Assembly: GCF_009914755.1 (NCBI RefSeq)
Contig: NC_060940.1
Length of the DNA stretch: 64,000 nucleotides
Reading direction: 5' to 3' (one strand)
Source of the DNA: the human T2T-CHM13v2.0 reference genome, Homo sapiens
Shown: piece after piece, positions 16,911 through 31,539 of the stretch
Position numbering within the stretch: position 1 is the stretch's first letter
Layout: every line of letters starts with the position of its first letter
Notes under the pieces: generated by a model
What the model was told of the DNA's origin: nothing
What the model saw: only the letters and a program-made list of their open reading frames with translations
Database searches by the model: none
Program-made: the position numbers and the translations under genes

Positions 16911-17206
16911 GGCAGGGCACGGTGGCTCACTCTTGTAATCCCAGCACTTTGGGAGGCCGAGGCAGGTGAATCACCTGAAGTCAGGAGTTCAAGACCAGCC
17001 TGGCTAACACGGTGAAACCACGTCTCTACTAAAAATACAGAAATTAGCCGGGCATGGTGGCGAGCACCTGTAATCCCAGCTACTCATAAGGGAGGCTGAG
17101 GCAGGAGAAATCGCTTGAACCCAGGAGGCGGAGGTTGCAGTGAGCCGAGATCACACCTCTGCACTCCAGCCTGGGAGACAGAGTGAGACACTCTCAAACA
17201 AACAAA
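16911..17206 (+). mobile_element. AluS
   Basis: Full dimer. Confidence 0.93.
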
Positions 17207-17509
17207 GGCTGTGAGTGGCCTGGAAGCTCGTTCTTCTAGCTCCTTTGGCAAAGAAAATGCCCCCAAAGGAGTGAGGGCAACAGACTTTCCAAGTCCCAGG
17301 AAATGCACAGATTCACATGCTGAAGACCCACCAGATGCAGGAAGGAAACGCCAGAACAACATGTTTGCTTTCATCTAAAAACATCAGAAAAAGTCTAAAT
17401 GTTGCTGACATTTCCTGGGCAGCTGCCCTGTGGTCTCCCGTCTGGCCAAGGAGCCTCAACCCAGTTGCTCCCAACATACTCCCATCCCAGGCGAACCTAT
17501 GCTGGTGAT

Positions 17510-17627
17510 GCTCGGGAGGCGGGCAGAGGGCTCACGGAGGGAGGGCGGAGGGCTCACACCCTGAGGCTCGGAAGGCGGGCAGAGGGCTCACACCCTGAGG
17601 CTCGGAAGGCGGGCGGACGGCTCACAC
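17510..17627. repeat. Short GC-rich tandem repeat, ~34-bp unit
   Basis: gagggctcacaccctgaggctcggaaggcgggc x2 plus partial copies. Confidence 0.8.
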
Positions 17628-18277
17628 AGACCCACAAGGACCAAAGAGGAACGTGCAGGACTCCAACACAAACGGAGGACGATGGCAGAACAGAAGAGCT
17701 GATTAAGTTTCTGCTGCTTGTACCATAAACTTTTCATCAGCCAGACTGTTTGCCTGAAAGACCTAATCAAGGCTGACAAGAATTCAAAGCCATTTCAAAG
17801 TGCTCCTCAGGGGTGAACGTGGCCCCATGTCCGGCACATGCTCTGCTCTGAACGCTCTCTCTTCCAGCAGGGACGGCCCCAGACATCGAGTATCACAACC
17901 AACTCAAAAATAGACTGAAATGTCACAGTATCGCCAGGATCAAAAGAAGGTCTCTTAAAAATAAAGGGTTTCTTCCATTAATAAGTAAAACAAGAAAAAA
18001 CCCAAAGATGCTCACTTGAACTTCATCTTGTTATGAGCATCCACCCGTCGAGGGCAGGTCTTGTGTTACTGAGCGCAGCCTGACAATCGCATCTGCACCG
18101 AGGCCCTGCCACGGCGGTTCACGGCAAGGGTCTGTGGCTCTCCTGTGCGCAGCCCAATGGAAAGGCAGAGTGACCGATGAGATAAACACCACAGGAACAG
18201 GGTGCTCCCCCCAGCACAGCTCGGGAGACCAGGGCTCAGGAACGCTAAGTGACTCGCCCAAGACCACCAGAAATGAG

Positions 18278-18396
18278 TTGGGAGGCTGAGGTGGGAGGAT
18301 CACATGAGCCCCGCCCTGGGGGCTGAGGCGACAGTGAGCCCAGATAGCGCCCCTGCACTCCAGCCTGGGCACTGGAGTGAGACTTGTCTCAAAACA
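18278..18396 (+). mobile_element. Alu right-arm fragment (AluJ/FRAM-like)
   Basis: gggaggctgaggtgggaggatcac..cactccagcctgggc. Confidence 0.8.
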
Positions 18397-18800
18397 AATA
18401 CAAGAAAGAATCTGGAAAACCTTAGTTACTATGAACTAGTGCTTTTCACTAACAAAACACAAGTATTTTTTAATTCTCACGTTTCTGATCATCTTTGTTT
18501 ATAACATTTATAGGTTACAAACAATGAACTATTGTGGGTTTTTAAAAACTGATTACAGACTTTCAGGACGTCCAAAGGAGACATCTTTGTCAAGGGAGTA
18601 AAGTGGAGAATTCCAGAGACACGCACAGTTCTCGGTGGCAAGCCATCCGCTGAGGTGAGAAGGATGTGATCCATCAGCCAACCCTGCCTAGATGATGACA
18701 CCAGCTCCGGAAGCCAGATGGAGCAGCTGGACACATTCAGAACAGTGCTTTCAAGCAGACACTGCTTGTTCCAATGTCAGCTCTATAAAGAATGTAACAG

Positions 18801-19333
<533 letters not shown>

Positions 19334-19659
19334 TCAACAGCCAGGCTTGACATCTTTTATTCTAAAAATCTACCACAGAATAGCCAAAGGGCAGTGGTGG
19401 GGATGAGGATGAGTCTGTAGGAGGGACAGTGTAAGGAAGGTGGAGCCATCTAGGGGCACTGCTCAGAGGTAGGCTCGGCCAGAGCTACAACACACCTTCG
19501 AAGATGAGTGGGGTTGGGGGCGGGGTGAGTCAGCTTCAACACACCCAGGATTCACCTCTCATCTGTCAAATCTGCTGATAAAAGTCACACCATGAAGGAA
19601 GGGCAGTCAGGGACTGTGCTCACCACGTGTCCCGGGGACAGGACACTTGCTGCCAGTCT

Positions 19660-20050
19660 CCAGCACCTCACAGGGAACCAGGGGGCAGGTGAGCTTGTGG
19701 AGAAACAGGAATCCTCGTGCATTGCTGGTGGGAACATATAATGGTGCAACTGCCAAAAAAAAACAGTGTGACGATTCCTCAACAAATTACAAAAGGACTA
19801 AGCATATGATCCAGCAGTTCCCCTTCTGGGTAGATATACAAAAGAACTGAAAGCAGGGCCCCCAAAAGACAGTTGTACTTCGACGTTCACAGTTCACACA
19901 GCATGGTTCCCAACAGCAAACCCGAGTGTCCCCTGGCGGATGACAGAGAAGCAGAATGCGTCTGCACACAGCATAACGCGACTCAGCCCTAACGAGGAAT
20001 GCCTGTCACAGCCAATGCTGCGGACTCCACTCACAGGGTCCAGGGACAAA
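19660..20050 (+). mobile_element. Old L1 (L1MB-like) 3' remnant
   Basis: gtggagaaacaggaatcctcgtgcattgctggtgggaa; catatgatccagcagttcccttctgggta. Confidence 0.75.
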
Positions 20051-20764
20051 CAGCAGCTGCACAAGAGGAAGGGCCCTGAGGGAGGAGTCTGGGAGGAACC
20101 ACTGCTCATCGGCAAGCCAATCCATGGCCACAGGACAACGCTGCTGAAGGTACTGGAAGCCAGGGTGCTGGCTGCCCCTTTCTGGGGACACCTTTCCTTT
20201 CTTTTCCTATTTTTATTGAACACTGGGATGAAAGTAATGAAAAGTAGTAAATCCTTTCAAAACAATCAGATTTAGTTATGATGCTCAATTTCTGAAATCA
20301 ATCTCTTCAAATAGCCAGTAAATGCTTCCTTTCCAAAGACTGAACCCTCTTACTGCTTTGAACAATGGAGGAAGTGAGTGAGGCACCAGATGCAACTTTT
20401 GACCCAAGGACACAGGTCAAGCTGTGACAGTTAACAACCAGGGTGGCTGGAGATGCTGCACCCACCCACGTGGCTTTGCTAGAATGCCACCACGTGCGGG
20501 CAGACACAGGCCACAGCCCCCACACCTCACTCTGGCATCAGCACTGGTCCCGCATGGAGCTGTGCCGGCTTGCAGAAGACGTAGAGCACACAGGCGTGTT
20601 CCTTCCCTTCTGTTGGCCACATCACAGCTGCATATTCACGGGAGTGAACATCATCTACACAACAGCTTCCACGTTTGCAAACATGCACAGCTTAGCGACC
20701 ACGTTTCAAAGAGCCACGTGGATAACTGCCTATATTACTGGTACTCAATTTCCAGGTTGGGTTG

Positions 20765-20935
20765 GTAACTGGATTGTTTACAACACAAAGGATAACTAGT
20801 TGAGAAGATGGATACCCCGTTTTCCATGATATCATCACTACGCATTGCATGCCTATATCAAAACATCTCATGGACCCCATAAATACATTCATCTATGTAC
20901 TCACAAAAACTTTAAAAATAATAATTAATAAATAA
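20765..20935 (+). mobile_element. L1MA 3' end
   Basis: gatggataccccgttttccatgat..gcattgcatgcctatatcaaaacatctcatg. Confidence 0.85.
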
Positions 20936-21143
20936 ACAGAATGACTAAGATTTCAACTGTTTACCCAGGATGCTGCCTGCAGCTCATTTCAGTGACAACC
21001 CACAAGCTGCCCTCGCTGGCCCTGTGTGCTGAGGACGGGACATCTGCACCCAGCCCTAGATAACCCCACGTGCAAACCACTTCCCCTGTGCCGCTAAAAC
21101 CCACATCTCACATTTCAGTTATAGTTTGTTTTTTGCCTGTAGG

Positions 21144-21330
21144 TTTTTTTTTTGAGAATAGGGTCTCCCTCTGCTGCCCAGGCTGGAGCGCAGTGGTGCG
21201 ATCATGGCTCACCACAGCCTCGACCTCCTGGGCTCAAGTGATCCTCCCACTTCAGCCTCCAGAGCAGCTGGGACCACAGGCATGCACCACCACACCTGGC
21301 TAATTTTCTATTTTTTGTAAAGACAAGGCT
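21144..21330 (-). mobile_element. AluJ partial
   Basis: Right arm plus linker, antisense. Confidence 0.88.
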
Positions 21331-22208
21331 ATACATTTCTTATATATGTCTAAATCGTCAGTATTAAACACTGACAGAGCAAAGCCTTTCTCTGCTTCAA
21401 ATTTTAATATTCCAAAATATATAAAACATCATTGTCACTGTCCTCATCTAAAAGACTGATTCTGGAAGAAAAAAAAAATCAATCTGAAACAAGATCACGG
21501 AAATGCGATCTGTCCCACACACACCATCTTTAACATGAATGGTGCCTCCAAAGAACAAATGCTAGATGCAAACTGCTTGAGTATGCTTCTTTATTTTTAG
21601 TAAAGACTCCAGAAAATCCCAGAGCAGCCATTTCCCATACAACTCAATCGCACGTACAGCCCTTTAAAAAGCAGACTCCCAGGGAACTGCAGCCAGCTCC
21701 TGGAGCCAGCCCCAGCAGAGGAGCAGGAAGACCTTCCAGCCTGCGCCAAGGAGCAGCGCACACGTCTGCTGCAGCCCCTCGGCCCCCACTGCTTCGGGAT
21801 GCAGATGGCAGCACTGTGACCTCACTGTGCCTACCTCCTTGTTCCGGCCCTGCAGTCTTGATTCTTCAGGCTAATCCCACACTCTGAGCCTTGGCTGCTG
21901 GCCGAAACTGTTATTAATGGCACAGAGCTGCTCATTTCAGCTTCTTTTACCACGAAGGTAGCCGGCTGTTCACCTCTCTGCCTCTCCACACTGAAGCAGG
22001 AACTGGGTAACTGTACAAGAGGCATTTTCAACGGTCTTCATATCTGAGTCTCAACAGCCAGCAGAAGATGTTTGCATTTTAGTCTACACTACATTCTATG
22101 TGATGCAGAAAGATAAGATAGTTTTTATTCAATTCTTGTGTAAAAGCTACAAAACCCTAAGAACAGAGAGTGCCATGGATGCCAAAATCAGCATCACATA
22201 GTTTATAT

Positions 22209-22566
22209 GTTTTTTAACTTTTAGGTTCGGGGGCACATGTGAGGGTGTACTACATAAGTAAACACATGTCGGCAGTGGGCGGGGGGGGAGGTTGTACGTG
22301 TTATTCTATCACCCAGTACTAAGCCCAGTACCCAACAGTTATCTTTTCTGCTCCTCTCCCTCCTCCCGCCCTCTCCCCTCAAGTAGACCCCCGTGTCTGG
22401 TGTTTCCTTCCCTGTGTTTTTAAGTTCTTATCATTTAGATCCCACTTGTAAAGTCAGAACATGTAGTATTTGGTTTTCTGTTCCTGAGTTAGTTTGCTGA
22501 GGCTAATAGCCTCCAGCTCCATCCATGTTCCCATAAAAGACATGATCTCGTTCATTTTTATGGCTA
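22209..22566 (-). mobile_element. L1PA (PA13-16-like) 3' end
   Basis: cccagtacccaacagttatcttttctgctcctctccctcctccc..tccagctccatccatgttcc..gacatgatctcgttc. Confidence 0.88.
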
Positions 22567-22579
22567 TGTTATCTTATCT

Positions 22580-22703
22580 TATTTTGTATTAGGGATGGGG
22601 CTTCACTATGTTGCCCAAGCTGGCCTGAAACTCCTGGGTTCAGGCAATCCTCTCGAATTGGTCTCCCAAGTAGCTGGGACTACAGGTGAACATCACCATG
22701 CCC
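22580..22703 (-). mobile_element. FLAM/Alu monomer
   Basis: ctatgttgcccaagctggcctgaaactcctggg..gtagctgggactacagg. Confidence 0.8.
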
Positions 22704-24856
22704 ACTTTTCCATCTTCATCACTTGATAAACATTTATAATGAATGACATTAAATTACACATAGCAAAATTCTGAGAAACTATATACCACAAATCCTACAA
22801 AATTTAAAAGATTAAAAAACCATGGATTATTGTTATGTGCATTAGCCAATGTCAGTGGTTCCAATATTTACTTTCACCACTAAAATGGCACGAAAGCATG
22901 AAGTCGGGAATGACAGCATTCTAGAAGCCAGTGCACCTGAGATGAAATTCATGGTATGTTCGGAACCTAGAACGTCGATGGTCAACACTAGGCAGCTTCA
23001 TCTGTCATACGTGGACTCCCTTTCAAAACTCCAGGTGTGTGTGTCTGTCATGTGGCTATGGAGAGGAAGAGGAGAAGAAAAGATTTCGATTCACTAAAAA
23101 CTCCTGTTAAGCCTCCAAGAAAGATCCAAGTAATCAGATACCTGGTCAGTCACAGCCTCTCTGCATGAAGCCTCTCTGCATGTGGTTAAGACCTGCAAAC
23201 CTCAACAGAATCCACGGTCTCTTGCCCCTGCACTGAGCCTGTGTCGGGACTTGGCCACTGCTCTGCATCAGGTGAGAGGCTCCTTGTCTCTCACATCCAG
23301 ATGGATCCGATCCAACTCACACAGTGAACGACTCCAAACCTGGGCAGCCCTGGGCTCCAGGATCAGCCCACCCCAGCCCCTGCTGCAATGGCACCTCCTA
23401 CTCTCATTGTGGAAACCTGTCAACCCAATTACAGACACCCTGGCTAGGCCCGTACTTCTTCCTGTAAGCCTGAAACCCTGCTCAGCTACCCTAAACCACC
23501 ACCTCTGCGCACCCCTTAGGAAACCCCAGCAGCACATCCCCCTTCTTCCTCCCGCAGAGGGCCTGCCCCAAGCAGCAGGAAACGGGGTGACACAGGCCTT
23601 CCTTGGCCTCAGCACACACAGAACCATCACAGCGCCGGGGGCGGGGGGTGCTGCAGGGACACATTCCAGCTGTGCACTTCTCTGGGGGCCAGCACAGACC
23701 ACTGAGCATGAGCTGCCTCATTCAGGCCAGGTGACTGTCTTCATCATCATTCAACTTTGAAACTTAGGGTTTGTGCCAGTCCACCTGTTTATGTTCCATA
23801 CTTACATATCCCAAGCCATTAACAAGTGTTTTCTTCTTTGGTTATGATGCTACAGAATCAGCAGAGGAACATCCGCATCACCAGAAGGCTCTGCAGGCAG
23901 CACTGAGGCCCATCCTGCTGGGAGAATGCCGCTCTGAGGGCAGTGGGACTGCCAGCAAAGGACACAGGCTCAGGGAGACCTTCCACTCCTGCTGAAACAC
24001 CAATCAGTAGAAGATCACCACCCAGAAATATCACTTTCAAGCTTAAGGATCACAAGTTACAAAGATAAATGTCTCTAAGGACTAAGGGAGAAGTACAAAG
24101 TAAAAAGATTTAAGCTTGGGAAAATTAACCCTAAACATTTAAAAACAAAACAAACAAAAAAAATCCGCACTCTAGATAAGACCTTCAAAACAGCATGCCT
24201 GTCAGAGGGACAGTAAAGGTCAGACGGGGCAGCAATGGGGTATGAGCTGGCACAGCCTTGCAACACCCTGGATGGGCGGCCAGGGGCTTGTGAGAGTGGC
24301 TCCAGGCAGGAGGACCCTGAATTTATGGGAGGGGGCAAGACTAACCCTCAAGTGCTCCTCAGATACGTTTCATTAAATGCACTGAAAGTTTTGTAAAAGA
24401 TGCAAGTTTCAACATGAGATACAATTATTTACCCAATCTGACATGTGGCTTAACAAATGTGAGTGGATTAGGGGATTTTTGTTTTATTCTTCTGAAATAC
24501 CAACTGCCTTCTTCTTCCCCTTCTGAAACAACCACTGGACAAACTGAACGGCACATATGCTTTTCGGGATCTCAGCGTAAGCAGCTCCCACTGCTAGGGA
24601 TGAAGAGTGCTCCTCTGTCTGCCTGAGTGAAACCTCACGACACCTTGCACAGCCCGCAGTCCTTGCTGACTGGAAGCAGAACCAAAACCTGAGCTGGAGA
24701 GAGTGCACGAAAGTTCCATCTAGACCCAAACCTAAATTGCACAGCTACAGAATGAAGTGAACAGCACTGAAGCCGGAAGGGACAAGACTCAATCCCACGT
24801 GACTGAACCCATGTGTCCAGCACCAGAGATACTGGGCGGAGCACACATCTCAGCTG

Positions 24857-25457
24857 TGTAAAAAGTAGAAGTTCCTCTTCAAAGACTTTCCTCCCCATCT
24901 AATTAAAAATAAATAGTAACTTCTCTTAAAAGCAACATTTATTCAAAGACCTGTGCTGACATTCCTAAATATCTGCTAGCCTTAATAAAGAAATCAATGT
25001 ACTTTATGTTCTTAGCTCCCACAATTTAGCCTAAGTATCTGCCCTGGCATGCTTATACTGGTCGAAGCAAGCATTAGGTCACGGCCTGTTCCTCTTCCTT
25101 AGTTGAAGGTGTTTTTACCTTTCTCAGCATTCCACAAATTACTTCCTCCTTCCTTTGTTCTCCTCTGCCTTTGCCTCTTTTAAAAAGTTCTAAGTTGCTA
25201 GCCAATCGGGACAAATACAGAATGTGAGGTCCCGTTCCAGCCAATGGAAACCGGACACAGCAGTTGGTATAAAAAAACCGGACACAGCGTCAGGTTATAA
25301 ATGACCCTGGTCTCCTTTATCCGGTGTACTCTCGTGGCAAAACTGCTGGCGAGTGTACCCTTTCTGCAGAAGGTATAAAAAATGGCCTTGCTGAGGAAAT
25401 TAAATTTACGTTCAAGTGCTATTTCTTTACGGCACCAGGGCACAAGCATTTCAAACA
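24857..25457 (+). mobile_element. ERV1 solo LTR, LTR10C-like (copy 1)
   Basis: TGT...ACA termini; 4-bp TSD gctg; gttcctcttcaaagactttcctcccc start; two CCAAT boxes, TATAAAT, ATTAAA. Confidence 0.88.
25045..25074. promoter_or_regulatory. p53-like half-site array in LTR10C (identical copy at 54244-54273)
   Basis: TGGCATGCTT ATACTGGTCG AAGCAAGCAT: three abutting imperfect RRRCWWGYYY decamers; LTR10 families are known p53-site carriers. Confidence 0.45.
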
Positions 25458-25661
25458 GCTGGGAACACGCCTATCCCTGTTAAAAAAAATATACGATGTT
25501 TCCAGATAAAAGAATTCTGATCAGAAATAGGTAAGTTTTCATTTAAAATTTTTTCCTATACTCTGCCTTCTGAAGCAGTCTCTAAATTCACCCTGTATTT
25601 GACGGTGCATGCGAATTTGTTATTTATGCTTAAATGCCAGCCAAGGAGTAAGATTCAGTCT

Positions 25662-25804
25662 GCATTAGGAGATATACCTAATGCTAAATGACGAGTTAAT
25701 GGGTGCAGCACACCAACATGGCACATGTATACATATGTAACAAACCTGCACGTTGTGCACATGTACCCTAAAAGTATAATAATAATAAAATTAAAAAAAA
25801 AAAA
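25662..25804 (+). mobile_element. Young 5'-truncated L1PA (PA2/PA3-like), ~140 bp
   Basis: gcattaggagatatacctaatgctaaatgacgagttaatgggtgcagcacacc; perfect 12-bp TSD aagattcagtct. Confidence 0.95.
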
Positions 25805-26084
25805 GATTCAGTCTTGCAAAGTTTTGAAATCTCTCAAGGGGGAAAAAAAACCTTACATAGTTCACAATTCTGAGTCCAGAATCTAGGAGAAACCACCAAA
25901 ACTTTCTTTGCATTCTGTCAAATTCAAACGCACTCTGTGTGCCAAGCCTCACTCACTTTATGTCCACCAAGCACCACACGCTGCTTCCCGTGTATGTGGC
26001 CCAGGCCCCTGTGAAACAAACACACTCTCTGTGGTAGACTGGAAGAACACGGGCCTGCAGGTTCCAGTCAGGAAGTGGAGTGCT

Positions 26085-26396
26085 AGCCCTATGCGGTGAC
26101 TCATGCCTGGAGCACAGCACTTCAGGAGGCTGCGGCAAGGAGGACTGACTGAGGCAAAAAGTTCGAGACCAGCCTGGCCATCGTGGCAAAACCCTGTCTC
26201 TACAAAAAAGAAAAAAAAAATTACCCAGGTATGATGGCATACATGCCTGCAGTCCCAGCAACTCAGGAGCCTGAGCAGGAGGACAGCTTGAGCCCGGGAG
26301 TTGGAGGGTGTGGTGAGCTATCATTGTGCCATGCCACTGCATTCCTGCCCAGCCGACCAAGTGACACGCTGATTTAAAACACACACACACACACAC
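26085..26396 (+). mobile_element. AluJ with (CA)n tail
   Basis: Diverged dimer. Confidence 0.85.
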
Positions 26397-26539
26397 TCAA
26401 TGGAAGGCAAAAGAAAAGGAAGAAAAAAAAGACATGGAGCCTTTCTTTCCAGCCCTGGAGCCTGGGTGTACCCCAGACTTGCTGGGCCCACGAGGACCCT
26501 GCCACTTCCACCTGTGCCCTCAGGCAACATGTGGGGGCC

Positions 26540-26718
26540 CACACAGACTGAAGTATGAAATGGATTCAGCCCCCATCAGCCTAATGCAGCTTCATGAGTG
26601 ATCCCAGGTATGACCAGCAGAAAACCACCAGGCAACACAAGAATTAAGAGAACTCATAAATCATTATTTTCTTAAGACACCATGTATTGTCTTACACCGC
26701 AATAGGTAACTGAAACAC
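26540..26718 (+). mobile_element. MLT1-like MaLR LTR 3' part
   Basis: gaccagcagaaaaccacc..ataaatcattatttt..gcaataggtaactgaaaca. Confidence 0.65.
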
Positions 26719-26871
26719 ATCCTACTCACGGTAAGAACAAGCTGAAATATGGAAAGTTGTTTGAGATGCTACTTAAACACAGATTTAACTCCAGAGCAGA
26801 GCCTTTCCATGTATTTTTCTTAACCTATTCGCCCTCAAAACAGCGCTGAGCACAGCAGTCAGACCCTAAAG

Positions 26872-27052
26872 CAGAGGTGTCCAATCTTTTGACCTCCCTG
26901 GGCCACACTGGAAGAAGAACTGGCTTGGGCCACACATAAAATACACCAATGCTAACAACAGCTGATAAGCTTAGAAAAAAATCTCATAACGTTTACAAAT
27001 TTGTGTTGGGCCACATTCAAAGCTGCCATGGGCCGCGGGCTGGACAAGCTTG
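26872..27052 (+). mobile_element. MER30 (hAT-Charlie)
   Basis: ggtgtccaatcttttgacctccctgggccacactggaagaagaa..ggctggacaagcttg. Confidence 0.85.
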
Positions 27053-28025
27053 CCCTATCTCACACTGTTCCCTGTCAGACTGTAAACACTACTCAGAATC
27101 ACACAATCTCATCTCGGCTCCAAGTGGAAGCTTGCTCAGCACCACGGCCAACCTGATCCCACTGCAGATGTTCCAACAGCCTGGCACGCAGATGGCCCAG
27201 GGAAAAGCCTCATCGAATGCTGAATACCTGTGAGATCATTTCTTACAAAGCCAAATGAACAACACTATGTTAATTTTCAAATTTTGGCATGGAAATCACA
27301 TTCTAAGACGCTTCCCAAGCTTTCTGGAGGATGCTATGAATTCTGTTTTATAGGTAACAAGTCTGGAAGCCAAAATAATCAAGATTTAATAAAATGGCCT
27401 CAAAAGTGACAAGACTCTCCTTCCCTTATGACAGACCATGTTTGCTTTCCTTTTTACTAGATGATTAACTCAATTCTTTCAACAATCCTGTCCAGTGATG
27501 ACTATCTTGTTGGCTGGTCAGAAGGGGAAGTTCCAGAGCTGGTTTTTGTAGAAAACCTCAGATTCTTTCAATCCCAGGCCATCTTATCACGTAGTCTAAA
27601 CCCTTGTGTCATCACCTCCTGACGTTTCCATCAGCAGAGGCAGAGCTCTCACCTTAAAGAGCATGAGGCCAAATCACTGGCTGCAAAGCACAGAACACAG
27701 ACATCCTTGGCCACACAAGAGTGAGAGCCACTGAGCCCAACCAGGGTGCAGGGGAGCCTCCCAGATGAGAGGCCTGTGCTTGGTCCCACAGGGTGCAGCC
27801 TTACCGTGCTGCTGAGACACTCTGCCCAAGAAATGGCTCCAGGATTTTCTGAAACTCGCTTTCAAAATATTTCCAAGCTCTTATGTCTTGTGTATGCCTT
27901 AATAATTGAAAAAGAGGTATGTTCACTCAAGAAAGGGAAGAGCAGTAAGCCAAGTAGGGGGCCTTTTACCGCAATTCTTCCTGGGCAGTGTCTGTGGAAG
28001 GTGGTCTCTCCGCAGAAACCCAACG

Positions 28026-28862
<837 letters not shown>

Positions 28863-29109
28863 GAAACCCAGTTTTCACGATCAGCTGGTTTCCACTCGCT
28901 GAAATCAGCAGACTCTTGTTGAAAAGGCTGCCATCTTGCCTTGGCTAACCCGAGCTGTTTCCTGTATCTGTCATGAGGGTGCTGAGACATGTCTAGACAG
29001 AGGTGCGGCACAGTCAACTGGACACCATCCATGACTTGGCCCTAACAAAGCAGCTCTCTTGAATGTGTGCTATGGGTACACCAAGTCCCACTTCCGGGGG
29101 CACCCAGGG

Positions 29110-29312
29110 CAGGGGTCAGCAAAGGCTTTCTGGAAGGGTCCAGATGACACACACTTTGGGCTTTGCAAGCCACTCACGGCCTCTGTCACATCATCCTGTT
29201 GCTGCTGTGAACGACCCTTTAAGAATGTGAAGACCATCCTTCGCAATCTGGTTGTACAAAGACAGACCCACAGGCTGGATTAGGTCCGCTGATTGTGGTT
29301 TGCCAGCCCCTG
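29110..29312 (+). mobile_element. MER58-family hAT element
   Basis: caggggtcagcaaa...tttgccagcccctg terminal inverted repeats. Confidence 0.75.
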
Positions 29313-29731
29313 GCCTGGAGCTTTGCCAGTGTGCAGGCTGGATGCCCAGCCACGGCTCCTTCTGCTAGGACGACCTCTCCTCTATGACAGACTCCAAGAT
29401 GCCACCCCGAGACTCACCGGATACTCACTACCTCAACTCTCCACCCCGCACCCATCGGTGAGGAAGAGCAGGCACCTCAGGGGGACAGTCCATACATCCC
29501 CCTTCGTGTTTCCCATCGAAACACAACAGTCCACTCCACGTGGGAGTTCAGCGTTCTCTCAGGGGTGGGTAGAGCGCCGCTCCAGACTCCTGCCGCAGGG
29601 GCCAGTGCTGGCCCAGCAGTACCGGGAGCCCCTCCTCCTGAGCACAGTGGCGGCGCCCAGAGCGGCAGACCTCCCACCACTGCTTCCACTGGGGAAAGGC
29701 CGGGGATGCTCAACGCAACCTTAGCCGGCAA

Positions 29732-29799
29732 CTCAGGGGAGAGACGCTCTCAAACGACCGGGAGTCTCAGGGGAGCGACGCTCTCAAACAACCCGGAGT
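29732..29799. repeat. 34-bp tandem duplication
   Basis: ctcaggggag(a/c)gacgctctcaaac(g/a)acc(g/c)ggagt x2. Confidence 0.85.
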
Positions 29800-30123
29800 G
29801 TACAGCTGCCATGGTCACCCACGCTCCCTCTTAGGCCACGGCACACACCAGTCCCTGCCGCCTGCTCCCCTCTACCCTGTTCCTGACCCGTCCCTCCTCA
29901 GCCTGACAAGTCCACATTGCTTGGGGGCCTCTATAAATCCTCCATGGCACAAAACCTCCCTTGACCAGGAAAGCTCCCAAAGGCTCCAAGCAGCAACAGC
30001 TGCAGGTTTTTTGCAGATTGGTGAGTACAGCTCCACGCATCCCATCCTGACTACCCCCAGCGGCTGCATGTCCACCTGCTGCTGCCTCTTGCAAACTATG
30101 ACTTGTTCAAAAGCAGGTGGGGA

Positions 30124-30397
<274 letters not shown>

Positions 30398-30514
30398 CTA
30401 GTCCTGTTCACAGTGCTCACTACGCTACTCATTGGTTTAAAAAATAAGTCCTACATCAAACCAGATTCCAACAATTCCAACATACTCTGTCCACTCTTAA
30501 CATGTTTTCGAGCT

Positions 30515-30681
30515 TTTTTTTTTTGATACAGATTCTTGCTCTGTTGCCCAGGCCAGACTGCAGTGGCACAATCTCGGCTCACTGCAACCTCCGCCTCCCA
30601 GGTTACAAGCGATTCTCCTGCCATAGCCTCCTGAATAGCTGGGATTACAGGTGCCTGCTGCCGTGCCTGGCTAATTTTTGT

Positions 30682-30716
<35 letters not shown>

Positions 30717-30831
30717 TAGAGATGGGGTTTCACCATCTTGGCCAGGCTGGTCTCGAACTCCTGACCTCGTGATCCACCTGCCTCGGCCTCCGAAGTGCTG
30801 GGATTACAGGCATGAGCCACCGCGCCCAGCC
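30515..30831 (-). mobile_element. AluS with expanded middle T tract
   Basis: Antisense dimer. Confidence 0.93.
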
Positions 30832-30937
30832 CAGAGCTTCTTTTGTGCAGCATTTTCTCTTGCTCTCAATTTAATTTCTTGCTCTAAGGGAAAAGACAGC
30901 AATAAAAACACGCAGCTCTTAAAAAAAAAAAAAAAAG

Positions 30938-31225
30938 GGCTGGGTGCCATGGCTCACATCTGTAATCCCAACATTTTGGGAGGCTGAAGTGCTATAATTG
31001 CTTCAGCCCAGGAGCTCAAGACCAGCCTAGGCAACACAGTGAGACCAGTTTCTAAAAAAATACAAAAATTAGTCAGGTGTGGTGGTGCACGCCTGTGGTT
31101 TCAGCTACTCCAGAGGCAGGCGGGATCGCTTGAGCCAGGAGGTTGACGCCACAGTGAGTCCTGACCAAGCCACTGCACTCAAATCTAGGGGAGGAGAAAG
31201 ACTCTGTTTCCAAAAATTTAAAAAA
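30938..31225 (+). mobile_element. AluJ
   Basis: Diverged dimer. Confidence 0.88.
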
Positions 31226-31539
31226 TGGGCACACAGAACAAAGAGGCAGTGGGACTCTAAGAGAAGGTCTTCGTGCTCGCCTGGAGGGAACAAGGGTTGC
31301 ATAGAGACTTGGGAGTCAACCAAGATGTAAGCAGCAGACTGAGAGACCCCCCACTGGCACCCATTCCTCCACAGCAAGCCCACAGCTGCCCTACAATGAT
31401 CACATCACTACCAAGCTCTGGCCTGACAATCTACCCTAGAAAGGACCAACCACACCAGATCACAGCATAAGCACCCCAAACCCAAGAAGTTTTCCCAAGA
31501 GAGAATATGAAACAATAATCTTCAAAGGGCTGGTCTCCA

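Noticed and set aside
23182-23760. 192-aa ORF (also 6985-7548 and 34007-34528)
   Set aside because: Expected by chance in GC-rich DNA; several have non-ATG starts; no homology I can recognise.
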